Sequence record: PP496441.1
Strand: one strand, 5' to 3'
DNA length: 64,000 nucleotides
Part shown: positions 1 to 9,935 of the stretch, piece by piece
Layout of the letters: every line of letters begins with the position of its first letter
Position numbering within the stretch: the first letter of the stretch is position 1
Translations under genes and position numbers: made by a program
The notes under the pieces: model-generated
The model's input: only the letters and a program-made list of their open reading frames with translations
The model's database searches: none
Told to the model about the DNA's origin: nothing

Positions 1-1121
1 TCACCAGACCGGACTAGGGTGATGACGGCGCCTTTCCCTATCTTGTTGTCCTTTATGAACTTGGCGTTATGCCCTGTGGCCCACGTAACTTTGACACCCG
101 CCAGTCGTACGGGAGTTATCTTGACGCGGGGCTTGAGCGTCCCGTATCTTGATTCGTTCCACTGGACTTCCTCAACAGTTGCTGTTGCCACCTCGGACAT
201 CAGTGCGGACTTGAAGGCGAACTGATAGTCCGGGTTACCTGAACCCGAGGGGACACGACCCACCTTGGTCGTGGACACGATGATGCCGTCCATCTCGTAT
301 ATCGACTTCTTGCGGCGGTCCAACAGGTAATCGGTCAGCTCATTGACATCCAGTCGCAGTACCTTCTTGACCATAGGGATCAGGAAGCCCATTGCCTTGA
401 GTTTGGCGAACTGCTTGTCCACGTCCATGGCAGGCTTGACGATCTGGTACATGACCACTTTGATCTTCTTGCCCTTGAACACCGGCGGAATGATCTTGCT
501 ATTCGCGGCACCGGCCACCAGATTGCGGGGGTTGGCGAAGTCGTCCTTGAACTGCTCGAAGGTGGCCACCGGCATGATCAGCTCACCCCGACCTTGCCAG
601 CCATTGGGGATCGGCGGCAGTTCCAAATAAGGTGCCACGTGGCTGATGTCCAAGCCTTGATTCCCGTCGCCACGGGTGTACAGCTCCGGCTTCTTAGGAT
701 TGGTTGTTCCCTTGATACCGATGGAGATGCCGTCCAGCTTGTCCGACAGCACGTAGGGGCCTGGGTTAGCTACCGCCCAGCGCAGGATGGACTTCTCGTC
801 CAGATACTTGTTCATGCTGCCCATGCCGAACGGTAGTGACGTCTTGTTCAGCTCGTTGGATTTCGAACCCACCTGATACAGCTTCTTGTCCACGGTGAGG
901 ATGACGGCCTCGAACTTGTCGAACTCTGCATCCGTCACGACAGGCACACCGGCGTAGTATGCGTCTTTCAGCAGTAGGTAGGCATCGGCCAGCTGCTTCT
1001 TGGGCACGGACTTCGCCGCTTCCACCTGCATGGCTTTGTTAGCCATGTGGATGATACCTAACACGAAATCTTTCAGTTCTTGGCGACCTTTCTTGGTGCC
1101 TATGGTGAACTTGGTCGCCAT
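1..1121 (-). CDS. ligA: NAD-dependent DNA ligase (3' end runs off the window; not in the ORF track)
   Basis: Manual translation from ATG 1121 (RBS TAAGGA): MATKFTIG...DAYYAGVPVVTDAEFDKFE (domain Ia Y/D motifs), MGSMNK, SDKLDG (adenylated Lys, KxDG), LYTRGDG. Confidence 0.93.
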   Translation of the reverse strand, partial: MATKFTIGTKKGRQELKDFVLGIIHMANKAMQVEAAKSVPKKQLADAYLLLKDAYYAGVPVVTDAEFDKFEAVILTVDKKLYQVGSKSNELNKTSLPFGMGSMNKYLDEKSILRWAVANPGPYVLSDKLDGISIGIKGTTNPKKPELYTRGDGNQGLDISHVAPYLELPPIPNGWQGRGELIMPVATFEQFKDDFANPRNLVAGAANSKIIPPVFKGKKIKVVMYQIVKPAMDVDKQFAKLKAMGFLIPMVKKVLRLDVNELTDYLLDRRKKSIYEMDGIIVSTTKVGRVPSGSGNPDYQFAFKSALMSEVATATVEEVQWNESRYGTLKPRVKITPVRLAGVKVTWATGHNAKFIKDNKIGKGAVITLVRSG

Positions 1122-1132
1122 CTAGATCGTCC

Positions 1133-1717
1133 TTATATGGGAATGGTGTCTATGTCAGCGAACCGCTGCATGCACCACTTGACGTAGGGTTTTACCTGCT
1201 CTGGCCATCGCTTCGTATACCCACGGGCGTACAACTCTACCATGCCGGGTACAGCCTCATAGTAGTTGCCGAAGGGATACACATCGAAGTTCTTGAGTTT
1301 CAAGCCGAGCAGCTGCATCAGTAATTTACCGTTCTGGATAGTCGTGGCATACGCCGGATTATCGTAGGTAAACCCCTTACGCCACTCGGTGAACTTCGGG
1401 TCTTGCGGGTTCTGGCCGAGCAAGGACAGCAGCAGGTCCCCGCTACGCAGTTGTTGCAGTGTCGTCCCTTCCTTCTCCAGCAGTGCGTGCGTACACTCAT
1501 GCAGCAAGGTGGCCCAAGCTTTCGGCTCGGTGAAGAAGGAGTCCCGGAGTAAGCAGGTGCCGCCGGTGAATGAAGCGGTAGGCTGGCCGTTGCCCGGAAT
1601 CAACGTGAAGGTGTGAGTCCGTGCATAACCGTAGACGGGCGCCCGCATGTTCTGCGGCATCTTATCGATGATCTTCAGTAACGCCGAGTTGTCAACCTCT
1701 TTCCCGCTTCGATCCAC
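1133..1717 (-). CDS. Putative zincin-like metallopeptidase (HExxH)
   Basis: LLHECTHALLE motif plus a downstream Glu (VELYA); GTG start uncertain. Confidence 0.5.
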   Translation of the reverse strand: MDRSGKEVDNSALLKIIDKMPQNMRAPVYGYARTHTFTLIPGNGQPTASFTGGTCLLRDSFFTEPKAWATLLHECTHALLEKEGTTLQQLRSGDLLLSLLGQNPQDPKFTEWRKGFTYDNPAYATTIQNGKLLMQLLGLKLKNFDVYPFGNYYEAVPGMVELYARGYTKRWPEQVKPYVKWCMQRFADIDTIPI

Positions 1718-1722
1718 CGTCG

Positions 1723-2289
1723 TTACTTTGGGACCTCGGCAACCTCCATCAGGTGTGCCACTTCCGCAAAGTTCTCAGCGCTAGACAGAGCCGACATGCG
1801 TTCCCGGTACAACTGAATCTCGATGGGTTCCTCCAGCTCTTTCAGGAACTTTTCCAACTTGGTCTTGAACCGCTCAGTGTACGGCTTCTGAATGGTGATG
1901 TGTGCCTTGTAGTCTGGGAACGTCGGCGCCGCACCGATACCCAGTAGCTGGTTGTGCAGGTCAGTCAGTTCCTTGCAGTTGACCAGCAGGACCAGAGTGT
2001 CTTCCTCGGGGCCGAACACGTCAACACCTGTAACTTCTGCGGTGTACTTGTGCGACGGATTGAGAACGCCACGGGCCGCTACGTCGTCGATGGTTGACGA
2101 AGAGTACATAACGGTGCAGTGCAGCTCAGACATAGGCATCACGTCCGGCTCACGATCTTGGCCGTACTTGCTCAGGGTCATCAACATCTTGGCGAGGGTC
2201 AGCTTAGAATCCGGGTGGATCTTGACATCCACGTAAGAACCTTCCTTGATCAACGACCGGGCCGTCTCCATTACCTTAACTGTTTTCAT
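1723..2289 (-). CDS. acb1: 2H phosphoesterase, Acb1/T4 gp57B-like anti-CBASS cyclic-nucleotide nuclease
   Basis: Two HxT motifs (LHCTVMYS, DYKAHITI) and the G-x-YV-x-x-K, TLVL and GA-x-x-x-F-x-DY pattern recalled from T4 gp57B. Confidence 0.8.
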   Translation of the reverse strand: MKTVKVMETARSLIKEGSYVDVKIHPDSKLTLAKMLMTLSKYGQDREPDVMPMSELHCTVMYSSSTIDDVAARGVLNPSHKYTAEVTGVDVFGPEEDTLVLLVNCKELTDLHNQLLGIGAAPTFPDYKAHITIQKPYTERFKTKLEKFLKELEEPIEIQLYRERMSALSSAENFAEVAHLMEVAEVPK

Positions 2290-2830
2290 TGGTGAACCCC
2301 TCGAGTGGGAATATCGTAGCCGTGGACTTGTCAGGGTTGACCTGAATACTCGCCGGGTTGACTTTCAGATACTGCTTCAAGATCTTTTCGATCCGCAGCA
2401 AGTCAACGTCCTCTCCTTCCTTTTTCTCTACCCACGGCAGCATCACGTAGGAGTACAGAGCGGGGTTGATCAGGACTACGTTGAAGAATGCAGTGATGGC
2501 GTGGATCAAGGTGTTGCCATCATGTTTGGTACTGGTCGGGTCTCCTTCCTTACTCCGGAGGATCACCCGAGGCTGGATAGTGTCGTAGGTGATAATCACC
2601 CCGAAACTGTCCGCAAGATTCGCTGGCACATTAACGCCTGCCGGGGCGCCGCGTGTCCAGAACGTAACGCGTGACTTGGTTCCGTCTGGGCGGTGGATTG
2701 TTGCCTTGGTGCAGTATTCCGAGGAAGTCCACAAGACCGGATAGGTCGGGAGGATATCCACCTGGGGGATAGACTTTATCATGGTTGCCTCTAAGCCAAC
2801 GGGGCCTTTCGACCCCGTGCCATTGTTCAC
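2276..2830 (-). CDS. Hypothetical protein (alternative start 2782)
   Basis: ORF coupled to its neighbours in a minus-strand operon. Confidence 0.7.
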   Translation of the reverse strand: MNNGTGSKGPVGLEATMIKSIPQVDILPTYPVLWTSSEYCTKATIHRPDGTKSRVTFWTRGAPAGVNVPANLADSFGVIITYDTIQPRVILRSKEGDPTSTKHDGNTLIHAITAFFNVVLINPALYSYVMLPWVEKKEGEDVDLLRIEKILKQYLKVNPASIQVNPDKSTATIFPLEGFTNENS

Positions 2831-3990
2831 TGGGGAACCAGAGGACTCAGTTTGGTCATGGTTTCCGACAGCTCTTTCAGGACGAATGCACGCTTGTCCT
2901 CCGGCAACTTCTTCATGCTGGATTGAAGCGAGGCGATCACCGCGATTGCCATCCCCAGTTCTTCCTGATACCGGCCCGTCCGGCCTTGGCGTGCACCGGA
3001 CGTTTCGGTCTCGCCGTCGTCCACAATCAGACGTTCACCACAACGCTTACACCACCGAGAGTCATCAGCGTTGTTCGCACCGCAGCGTGGACACTCGATC
3101 TCGTCGTCTTTAGGCGGGCCATCCAAGTCATCGCCTTCTTCTTCGAGTTCCTCATCGGTCATCCTTGCCGGGGCGTCGGGATCCTCTTCGCTTTCCGGTT
3201 CCGCCGAGTCTTCATCCTCCGTGGTTTCATCTTCGGCGTCGGGATCCTCTTCAGGATCAACTTCAGCCTCCGGGTCTTCCTCGGTTTCAGTGTCCGCTTC
3301 CGGATCATCCTCTTCCATTTCGGCGACCGGATCCTCTTCTTCGGTGGACGCTTCATCCTCGTCCGGTACTTCCGTTTCCTCTTCCTTCGCCTTTTTGTTC
3401 TTGGCTTTGGTCAGATTCTTGGAAGCTTCCTGCTCTTCATCCGTCGGGCGGAACGTAGGATCTTCCGCATCGTCGGTGAGGTCAGGAACGTCGGTGTCCA
3501 TTGCGATTGGACGTTCCACGAAGAACGGGGAGTCCTCGGAGTTGCCGTAGGACCGCCCGTACCATGGGCTGGCCTCGTCGAGGATGTCCGGGATAAGCGA
3601 CAGCTCGATCTCGCCCGTGCCTTTCAGGTTACCCCGTGCACGACCAATGATACCCACGCCAGACTTGGTTGGGCGGAAGCTCTGAACCGAACCCGTGTCA
3701 TCCAAGACTACAGAGGTCATGTCAGCGGCAACCCGAGTAACCGTGCCGAGGTAGAATTCGGGGTTGGCCCAAGACTTGCCCATGTTGACCAGCACACGCT
3801 CACCTTTGTTATAGCGAACGTAGTAGCCAACCTCCATGTGACGAATGGATGCCGCCAGCGTATGCACCTTGGTCCAGAAGCTCTTTCTCTCCTTGACCGG
3901 CACCTTGACGGCGGCGGTTACTTTGTATTGCGTCGAGACGCGATCCAGCGCTTGGCGGAAGGCCGCGTCCGAGGGATTGGCCATGGTCAT
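2827..3990 (-). CDS. Hypothetical protein with a D/E-rich linker and a C-terminal zinc ribbon
   Basis: Long acidic tract; CPRC...CKRC. Confidence 0.8.
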   Translation of the reverse strand: MTMANPSDAAFRQALDRVSTQYKVTAAVKVPVKERKSFWTKVHTLAASIRHMEVGYYVRYNKGERVLVNMGKSWANPEFYLGTVTRVAADMTSVVLDDTGSVQSFRPTKSGVGIIGRARGNLKGTGEIELSLIPDILDEASPWYGRSYGNSEDSPFFVERPIAMDTDVPDLTDDAEDPTFRPTDEEQEASKNLTKAKNKKAKEEETEVPDEDEASTEEEDPVAEMEEDDPEADTETEEDPEAEVDPEEDPDAEDETTEDEDSAEPESEEDPDAPARMTDEELEEEGDDLDGPPKDDEIECPRCGANNADDSRWCKRCGERLIVDDGETETSGARQGRTGRYQEELGMAIAVIASLQSSMKKLPEDKRAFVLKELSETMTKLSPLVPQ

Positions 3991-3991
3991 C

Positions 3992-4822
3992 TTAAGCCAC
4001 CGTCTGTTCGCTCAGCTGGTTATCCAGGTCCATGTAGAACTGGGGGTTGGCCTTGCAGAGTTCGCTGTAGTATTCCACAACGTCGCCCGATTGATCTTCA
4101 ACCGGCATCGGGATGTTAGCCAGTGAATCTGCACCAGCCAGTTGCACGACGGAGATCAGCTGACCCCGGTGCACGGACTCGGTCTGCATGGTGTCAGTCG
4201 AGTAGATCGTGTCGGCGGTGACCACGTAGCCGTAGTTAACCGAATCGGTCTCGGTGGAGAAGAACGAAGCGTATACGGCGTTACGTGGATCAGGCATAAC
4301 GTCGAGCAGGGGCATAACATCCGCCACGTGCTTGGCGCCTCGGTCTTCTACCGCAGCCATGCTGACCAGATCGGCCAGTTGGTGGTTGGACGCACGGGAC
4401 AAGGTGTGAGCACCCGATTCGGCGATGGTCAGGTCCCACAGGGTGTGGTCCACGTTGTCCATCATCACGTTACCCGCCATCTCGCGATAACGAGCGGTCT
4501 CAGCGTTGGTGCCGATCTCATCCTTGTTGATGCCACGAATCTCGCGGTTCAGGGCGAGGAAGCCGCTGACTTCGATGGCCGAAGAGTGGGCACCGCGACC
4601 GATCACGGTGAAAGACTCGGTGACCGGGCTAATGCGATTGTCGAAAGCCTTGGCGATGGCTACGCGAGCCTCTTCAACGGACTTCGGTGCCTTGCTGAAC
4701 TTGCCGACGACGCGAGCCGTGGAATCGTTGATCACCAGAGCACTGGTCACACTGAACACTGGAGCCATACCAGTCTTCATCTTAACGTGGTCGGTGACTT
4801 TATTCATATCAAGACGTGCCAT
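3992..4822 (-). CDS. Hypothetical (probably virion) protein
   Basis: RBS GGAGA, in the structural operon. Confidence 0.75.
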   Translation of the reverse strand: MARLDMNKVTDHVKMKTGMAPVFSVTSALVINDSTARVVGKFSKAPKSVEEARVAIAKAFDNRISPVTESFTVIGRGAHSSAIEVSGFLALNREIRGINKDEIGTNAETARYREMAGNVMMDNVDHTLWDLTIAESGAHTLSRASNHQLADLVSMAAVEDRGAKHVADVMPLLDVMPDPRNAVYASFFSTETDSVNYGYVVTADTIYSTDTMQTESVHRGQLISVVQLAGADSLANIPMPVEDQSGDVVEYYSELCKANPQFYMDLDNQLSEQTVA

Positions 4823-4841
4823 TTGTGTATCTCCTAGGGAG

Positions 4842-5564
4842 TTATCGAGGGAAGTTGTTCAGTCGGGAATCCAGAGCGCCCCAGTAGGAACTCAAGGGAC
4901 CAGCAGATACACCGGTTGCGCCGGGCACATGCTTGCGCCGACCTTTACCGTTGCCACCCGCCTCACTACCGTCACCGTTGGTAATCCCTACCCGGTTCAA
5001 ATAGGTCTTGATGCTCTCGACGTTCGCTTGAATGTAATCCATCACACTCTGATCCTGCGACTCGAGGTATTGCGTCATGTCCATGGTCAACTGGACCGCC
5101 GCGCCTTGGTAATCGAACTGGGTTCGACCTTCGTCCATGTACATCGTTCTCAGGGCTATGTGCTCCGCGTACTTGATCCACAAAGCGTAGATAGCGCCTT
5201 GAGCATTGATCATCGAGAACCCAGTAGGAATGACCGCACCGTTGAACATGTCCCGGCCTGCTTTGAGGCAGTTCAGGTAATCCTCATCGGTGAACGCCAA
5301 GTCATCCAGACGAAGCTTGCTGTTGATCCGATTGGTGAACTGTCTCAGCTCATCTATCGCCGTCAACATCGACGGATTGATCATATACAGTCTCTGTGTA
5401 CTGTAATTAGTACTGCCTTGCTGCTTGTACACCACCTGATAGGGCTCGAAGTTGGGCAGCAGGGTGTTGGCGGGCAGCACAGCTGACACCTTACCGTTTG
5501 CCGCGACATCGGCCACCAGTGACGACCTCAGCAAGTTGTCGAAGTAAACCTCGATGCTGATCAT
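4842..5564 (-). CDS. Putative head-tail adaptor/neck protein
   Basis: Position in the neck/tail module and size; function is inferred only. Confidence 0.4.
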   Translation of the reverse strand: MISIEVYFDNLLRSSLVADVAANGKVSAVLPANTLLPNFEPYQVVYKQQGSTNYSTQRLYMINPSMLTAIDELRQFTNRINSKLRLDDLAFTDEDYLNCLKAGRDMFNGAVIPTGFSMINAQGAIYALWIKYAEHIALRTMYMDEGRTQFDYQGAAVQLTMDMTQYLESQDQSVMDYIQANVESIKTYLNRVGITNGDGSEAGGNGKGRRKHVPGATGVSAGPLSSYWGALDSRLNNFPR

Positions 5565-6715
5565 ACGGGAACCTCCGGAAGTGCCGTGGTCAGTTCGATC
5601 ACCTTGACCGGAGTGAGTGGTTGCACCTCCTGACCGGATAGTGGCGGACTCTCAATCGTCAGATACGCTTCGGCGAAAGGCCCTAGCGGATAGGCGGTGA
5701 AGTACAGCGGCAGGTTGAACTCCGAGCTGGCCGACCCAATGACCACGGAGAACATCTGATCAGTGAAGTCGATGCCCGCGTGCCCGGAACCACCTGGAGT
5801 GTTACGCAAGTGCACACCAAGGGTGTAGGGTTCGACCAGTCCTTGTCCAGCAGAGTCCAGTACGGTCACCTTGAGCACTTCGTCACCCGGCGATAGCTTG
5901 CCGAAAGATACGGACAAGTAGCGTGGCACCTCTTCGTCCTCATGGGGCTGTCGAGCAATCAGGCGGGTTCGTGCATCCGGGATACCCGTACCTACCGGTG
6001 CCTTGAATGTGAGCATCGCATGATCTACAATGCCGCTGGTGCCCGGCGAACTTAGGTCAATGTTCTGACTCGGGAGGATCAAGGTGGTCGTGAGTTTGAA
6101 CGCCGGAATGGTCACGCTGCCTTGGATCGACTCGATGTACCCCGGATCTACCGATACGTCCCCGGCCACGACGGGCGGCAACTGTCTGGCGGTGTAGTTC
6201 AGGACAAGATCCTTAACGTACACCTGGGACAGCGCCAGCGTCAACTGGAACGGCTGACCTCTAATTACTTCCTGAGAGGCAGGAGCAATGACCCGAAGGT
6301 TGGTAGTGTTGGCGTCTTGATCAGTAGCGAACGCCAGCGTGGTGGACAACTCCACGTCTTGGTTGAACAACGCCACCAGTACGGAAGACCCACCCTGTTC
6401 CAGATCAACAGTCACCTGAATATCGGTGGATCCATCTTCATCGATGCCGACTAGTTCGTCCTTTAGGAAGAAATCAATCGTCAGCGAGTCATAGCTGGTG
6501 TCTGGCACCACGATGTTGGCCGTCACCTTGACCCGGTAACGGTTACCCGAGGGAAGCTTCTTGACAGACGTTACCAGTGCCGGTTCTTCCCCGGCTAGCA
6601 ATGCTCCAACCTCGTCGCTCACCGCGTAGTGCACGTGTAGGCCGTCGCTGGGTTGCTTGTCGATCAGGAAGGTATAACTGAGGGGGACCGTATCCCCAAC
6701 GGTGTAGGTTGTCAT
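5561..6715 (-). CDS. Beta-rich (Ig/Calx-beta-like) virion protein
   Basis: T/V/P-rich alternating beta-strand pattern; ATGA overlaps with neighbours. Confidence 0.5.
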   Translation of the reverse strand: MTTYTVGDTVPLSYTFLIDKQPSDGLHVHYAVSDEVGALLAGEEPALVTSVKKLPSGNRYRVKVTANIVVPDTSYDSLTIDFFLKDELVGIDEDGSTDIQVTVDLEQGGSSVLVALFNQDVELSTTLAFATDQDANTTNLRVIAPASQEVIRGQPFQLTLALSQVYVKDLVLNYTARQLPPVVAGDVSVDPGYIESIQGSVTIPAFKLTTTLILPSQNIDLSSPGTSGIVDHAMLTFKAPVGTGIPDARTRLIARQPHEDEEVPRYLSVSFGKLSPGDEVLKVTVLDSAGQGLVEPYTLGVHLRNTPGGSGHAGIDFTDQMFSVVIGSASSEFNLPLYFTAYPLGPFAEAYLTIESPPLSGQEVQPLTPVKVIELTTALPEVPV

Positions 6716-7149
6716 TGGCCTGACTCCGGTAAAGCGAAGACGATTGGAACCTCATGTTCCTCGGACAGGTCATTCAACGAGTAACGCACCAGCTCCTTTA
6801 GCCAGCGATAGGTCTTGCCGTTGAAGTACCGGTATCGGCCTTCGATCAGGGTGGGCGTGTACTCGGCGTTCAGATCAGCGATGATGGTGTCCGTCATGTC
6901 GCCGTTATCTTCCCGCACTTGCCGTACTAGAATGCTGTGCAGAACCCACACGTTGTTGCTGTTCTTGTTGTCCCCCAGCAGGACCAACTCATCTGTTGGC
7001 AGTGCCAGCCCTTGAGCCAGGTAGGAGGACACCGGGGCATGCGTGGGGGATTTGGTAAACGTCTGGCCGGGTAACCCGAACGACAAGGTTGTCGTTAAAC
7101 GCCTCAAGTACTGGGGGCGGGTCAGCGGCTGCGGGGCGATCTTTATCAT
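6712..7149 (-). CDS. Hypothetical protein (true start MIKIAP at 7149)
   Basis: ATGA overlap with the upstream stop at 7146-7149. Confidence 0.7.
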   Translation of the reverse strand: MIKIAPQPLTRPQYLRRLTTTLSFGLPGQTFTKSPTHAPVSSYLAQGLALPTDELVLLGDNKNSNNVWVLHSILVRQVREDNGDMTDTIIADLNAEYTPTLIEGRYRYFNGKTYRWLKELVRYSLNDLSEEHEVPIVFALPESGQ

Positions 7150-7901
7150 ACTAAATCGTACCTCGACAGTTGATGAACCACCGACGCACCGATGCTGTTC
7201 AGGTTGATACGATCCCCCGGATGGAATGCGCCTGCGTGAGTGTACGCGGGCAACAGGTTGAGCCATGCGTGGCCCATCTCCGGTACATACGTCAGCACCA
7301 GTACTACCTGATTGAACGTGTGCGTTCCAGAGGCTTCTTCGGGGAAGTTGATCTGATAGAACATGGTGAAGCGCGTGTGGTTGCGATTGTTCAGCAGGTG
7401 ATCCACGCTGCCGTCCACACTGATCGAGGTGAAGTGCTGGTTCAGATACCCGAGTACTTCCTCGTTCAATCTGGCCAGCTCCGCGTTTTCCTCGTTCAGC
7501 AGGTTGGTGTAGCAATCGGCGATGGTGTCGATGATGTGTTTGCGCGTTGCACGCAATCCCTTCTCGATAGTTTCCACCACCTTCTCATTGTCGAGCCCGG
7601 TGTACACGGAGTTCTCGGGAAGATGCTTGCGAACGTGGTTACGCAGCTGGGTCAGCAAGGTGAACGCGGATGTCATCGAGGCCAGTTGAATGAACGCGGC
7701 ATCGGTGTTGTGCGTTGAACCTTCATCCAGCGTAGAGTCAATCACCTGGGTGTTGTGCCCCGGTTCCTCCACGTACGCCTGCAGCAGCGGATTGATTACG
7801 TCTTTGGTGATCGGATACTTCAACAACCCCTCAACCACGCCCAGTGCTTCGGGCAAGGTACGGATATTGCCGATGCTCTCCATATCTACATGCTTAGTCA
7901 T
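7146..7901 (-). CDS. Hypothetical protein
   Basis: 251-aa ORF in the operon. Confidence 0.75.
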   Translation of the reverse strand: MTKHVDMESIGNIRTLPEALGVVEGLLKYPITKDVINPLLQAYVEEPGHNTQVIDSTLDEGSTHNTDAAFIQLASMTSAFTLLTQLRNHVRKHLPENSVYTGLDNEKVVETIEKGLRATRKHIIDTIADCYTNLLNEENAELARLNEEVLGYLNQHFTSISVDGSVDHLLNNRNHTRFTMFYQINFPEEASGTHTFNQVVLVLTYVPEMGHAWLNLLPAYTHAGAFHPGDRINLNSIGASVVHQLSRYDLV

Positions 7902-7902
7902 A

Positions 7903-9069
7903 TCACAGGATTCCGTTGAACACTTCCTGAGGTTGGATCAACCGGGCCGTCAGCTCGATGAAGATCACGGTATCCCCTTTGGAGTTGAGCTGGGGACGAG
8001 AGCTGGTTACGTACCACACTCTGTTGTATTTGAAGTCCCGGATCAGCGAGTGCTTGCCGATGTTCGAGACGTAGGAAGGAACGCTAACCTCGATGTCCGG
8101 GCTGTCGTCACCGGTGAGAGATTTGCTGAACGTCGCCACGTCAACCTGCGGGAAGTCGATACGGACCCGCACGCCTTGGCAGTCGAAGTTGGCTTCGAAG
8201 TGCGTGAACTCTTCGTCGCATGTTACCCGGAGGATGTGGGGAAGACCATCTGCCAAGTCGGCCAGTGATGCCACGGGGGTTGTCACGTCTGTAACCACGG
8301 TTGCCAAGGTGAAGCCCTTGATCTCCTCCGTATTGTTCATCAGACGATAGCTGAACAGGTTGCCGCCTTTCGGCACGATCATGTTGAAGTCCACGTAACC
8401 CCCGTCAACGTCTGTCGAAGCCAGCGCGAAAGAGTAAGGGCTGGCAATGGTGTTGACGCGGAAGTCCGACATCCCCACCTGATCGCCCACAGTAAGCAGC
8501 AGGTGATAGCCGCGATAGATCGAATAACCTTTGATGTAGCCCGTGCTCAGGCAAACGCCGCACGTGTTACCACCTGACTCAAGGAAGTCGTCGCCCATGA
8601 ACTCTTCATCGAACCGGAGTTCATCGTCGTCATCGATGTCAGTCTCGTCTTCATCCGTGAGCGGATCATCTACTACCATGGTCTGATCGAAGTCAACATC
8701 CCCTGCGCGGAACGACTTGCGCCTTTTCAGGTCGTTAGCGGAGCCCCGGCCAACGGGTTCCACTGCTCTGGACTCAAGTTCCTCTTCTTCCTTGTCCAGT
8801 TCGTCGGCGTTGTTGAAGAAGTTGTTGAGCTGATCGTTGCTCAGGTTGCCCTTCTTGTCCAGCAGTGGGGCACCTGATTGACATGTGCACCGGCGACCGG
8901 CACGGATAAACGGATAGAGGATAGCGTCGATGCCGGATACCTCAATGGCAATGTCCGTCTCCTTCCGTTTGCGCTCTTCATAGTAGGCCACGCCTTGTTC
9001 CACGGGTGTCCGTAATCGTTGATTTCGGGCAGTGGAGACTTGCCGGGGCGAGGGTGTGTATCTAGGCAT
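7903..9069 (-). CDS. Putative head-completion/neck protein with a CxC...CxxC zinc site
   Basis: RRCTC and CGVCLSTGY; C-terminal beta-barrel-like segment (NRVWYVTSSRP); first gene of the operon. Confidence 0.4.
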   Translation of the reverse strand: MPRYTPSPRQVSTARNQRLRTPVEQGVAYYEERKRKETDIAIEVSGIDAILYPFIRAGRRCTCQSGAPLLDKKGNLSNDQLNNFFNNADELDKEEEELESRAVEPVGRGSANDLKRRKSFRAGDVDFDQTMVVDDPLTDEDETDIDDDDELRFDEEFMGDDFLESGGNTCGVCLSTGYIKGYSIYRGYHLLLTVGDQVGMSDFRVNTIASPYSFALASTDVDGGYVDFNMIVPKGGNLFSYRLMNNTEEIKGFTLATVVTDVTTPVASLADLADGLPHILRVTCDEEFTHFEANFDCQGVRVRIDFPQVDVATFSKSLTGDDSPDIEVSVPSYVSNIGKHSLIRDFKYNRVWYVTSSRPQLNSKGDTVIFIELTARLIQPQEVFNGIL

Positions 9070-9083
9070 GAAAACCTCACACT

Positions 9084-9093
9084 AATTACATAC
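9084..9093 (-). promoter_or_regulatory. GTATGTAATT motif (candidate late promoter)
   Basis: Identical 10-mer at 19209-19218, also upstream of a virion operon. Confidence 0.45.
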
Positions 9094-9110
9094 ATACCGG
9101 AAAATCAACG

Positions 9111-9118
9111 GTAAATGA
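9111..9118 (+). promoter_or_regulatory. GTAAATGA phage promoter-like motif
   Basis: Recurrent intergenic motif upstream of the RuvC-like gene. Confidence 0.55.
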
Positions 9119-9194
9119 TGGGTATAACGTCATATTCCGAATTAGCATCTTTTGTCCGGTTTCCTTACTACTCAAAAATCTAGGATCGGTCACT

Positions 9195-9935
9195 ATGCAC
9201 AGTCAAATAACGGAGGTTTATTCGCTAGGATTTGACCCCGGAAAGAACAACTTTGCTTGGACCTTCACGCTGACTACCAACGTCGGCGGCAAGCTGGTGC
9301 CAGAGATCCTTGAAATGGGATACGTCCTCAGTCCTTTGAAGAACCTGACCGAAGACAACCTGATGGAAGGCACCGAGCATTTCTTCTTCGACATGCGTAT
9401 CCTCCTGCTCATGCTACTGCAGAAGTATGGCCGCATCGATATCGTCGTAGCGGAACGGTTTCAGGCTCGCGGCCAGAAGACCGGCACTACCAGTGAGGTG
9501 GTCAGCATGATGATCGGCTTACTGATCCGCTGCATCCGAGAGTGTCACATCAGTCCAGATGTTCGGTTGGTTATTGCCAGCAGCTGGAAGAACAGTTACA
9601 ACCGCTGCCTAGATGACAAGGAAGCTTTGCGTACTGCATACAAGCTGTGCCGTGCTGAGGCGCATGAACTCGACGCTAGCTTTATCTCCCTGTACGGAGC
9701 CAACAAGGTAATACAGCGATCCCTTGAATCATCTGGGTCCAAACGAATCGTAGCGTCTACCGCCCCGAACGTGTTCAAGCATTTCGTCAGTGAGGTAGCC
9801 CGCGACTTGTGGCTGTCCATCGTGGAATGCAAGACCGGGGGCCAATTGGTTAACCGAAAGGCCAAGCGCAAATATCACGCTGAGGCACCGAATGAGCAAA
9901 GCCGAAAGAAGGCCGCAAGCCATAGTCCAGCTTGA
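9195..9935 (+). CDS. RuvC-like Holliday junction resolvase
   Basis: RNase H-fold acidic motifs LGFDPGKNNFAW, VVAERFQ, HELDA. Confidence 0.75.
   Translation: MHSQITEVYSLGFDPGKNNFAWTFTLTTNVGGKLVPEILEMGYVLSPLKNLTEDNLMEGTEHFFFDMRILLLMLLQKYGRIDIVVAERFQARGQKTGTTSEVVSMMIGLLIRCIRECHISPDVRLVIASSWKNSYNRCLDDKEALRTAYKLCRAEAHELDASFISLYGANKVIQRSLESSGSKRIVASTAPNVFKHFVSEVARDLWLSIVECKTGGQLVNRKAKRKYHAEAPNEQSRKKAASHSPA

Noticed and set aside
3100-3500. Quasi-repetitive GGATCCTCTTC tracts (also at about 18380-18680)
   Set aside because: They encode E/D/P-rich low-complexity protein; there is no constant repeat-spacer structure, so this is not CRISPR or a DNA repeat element
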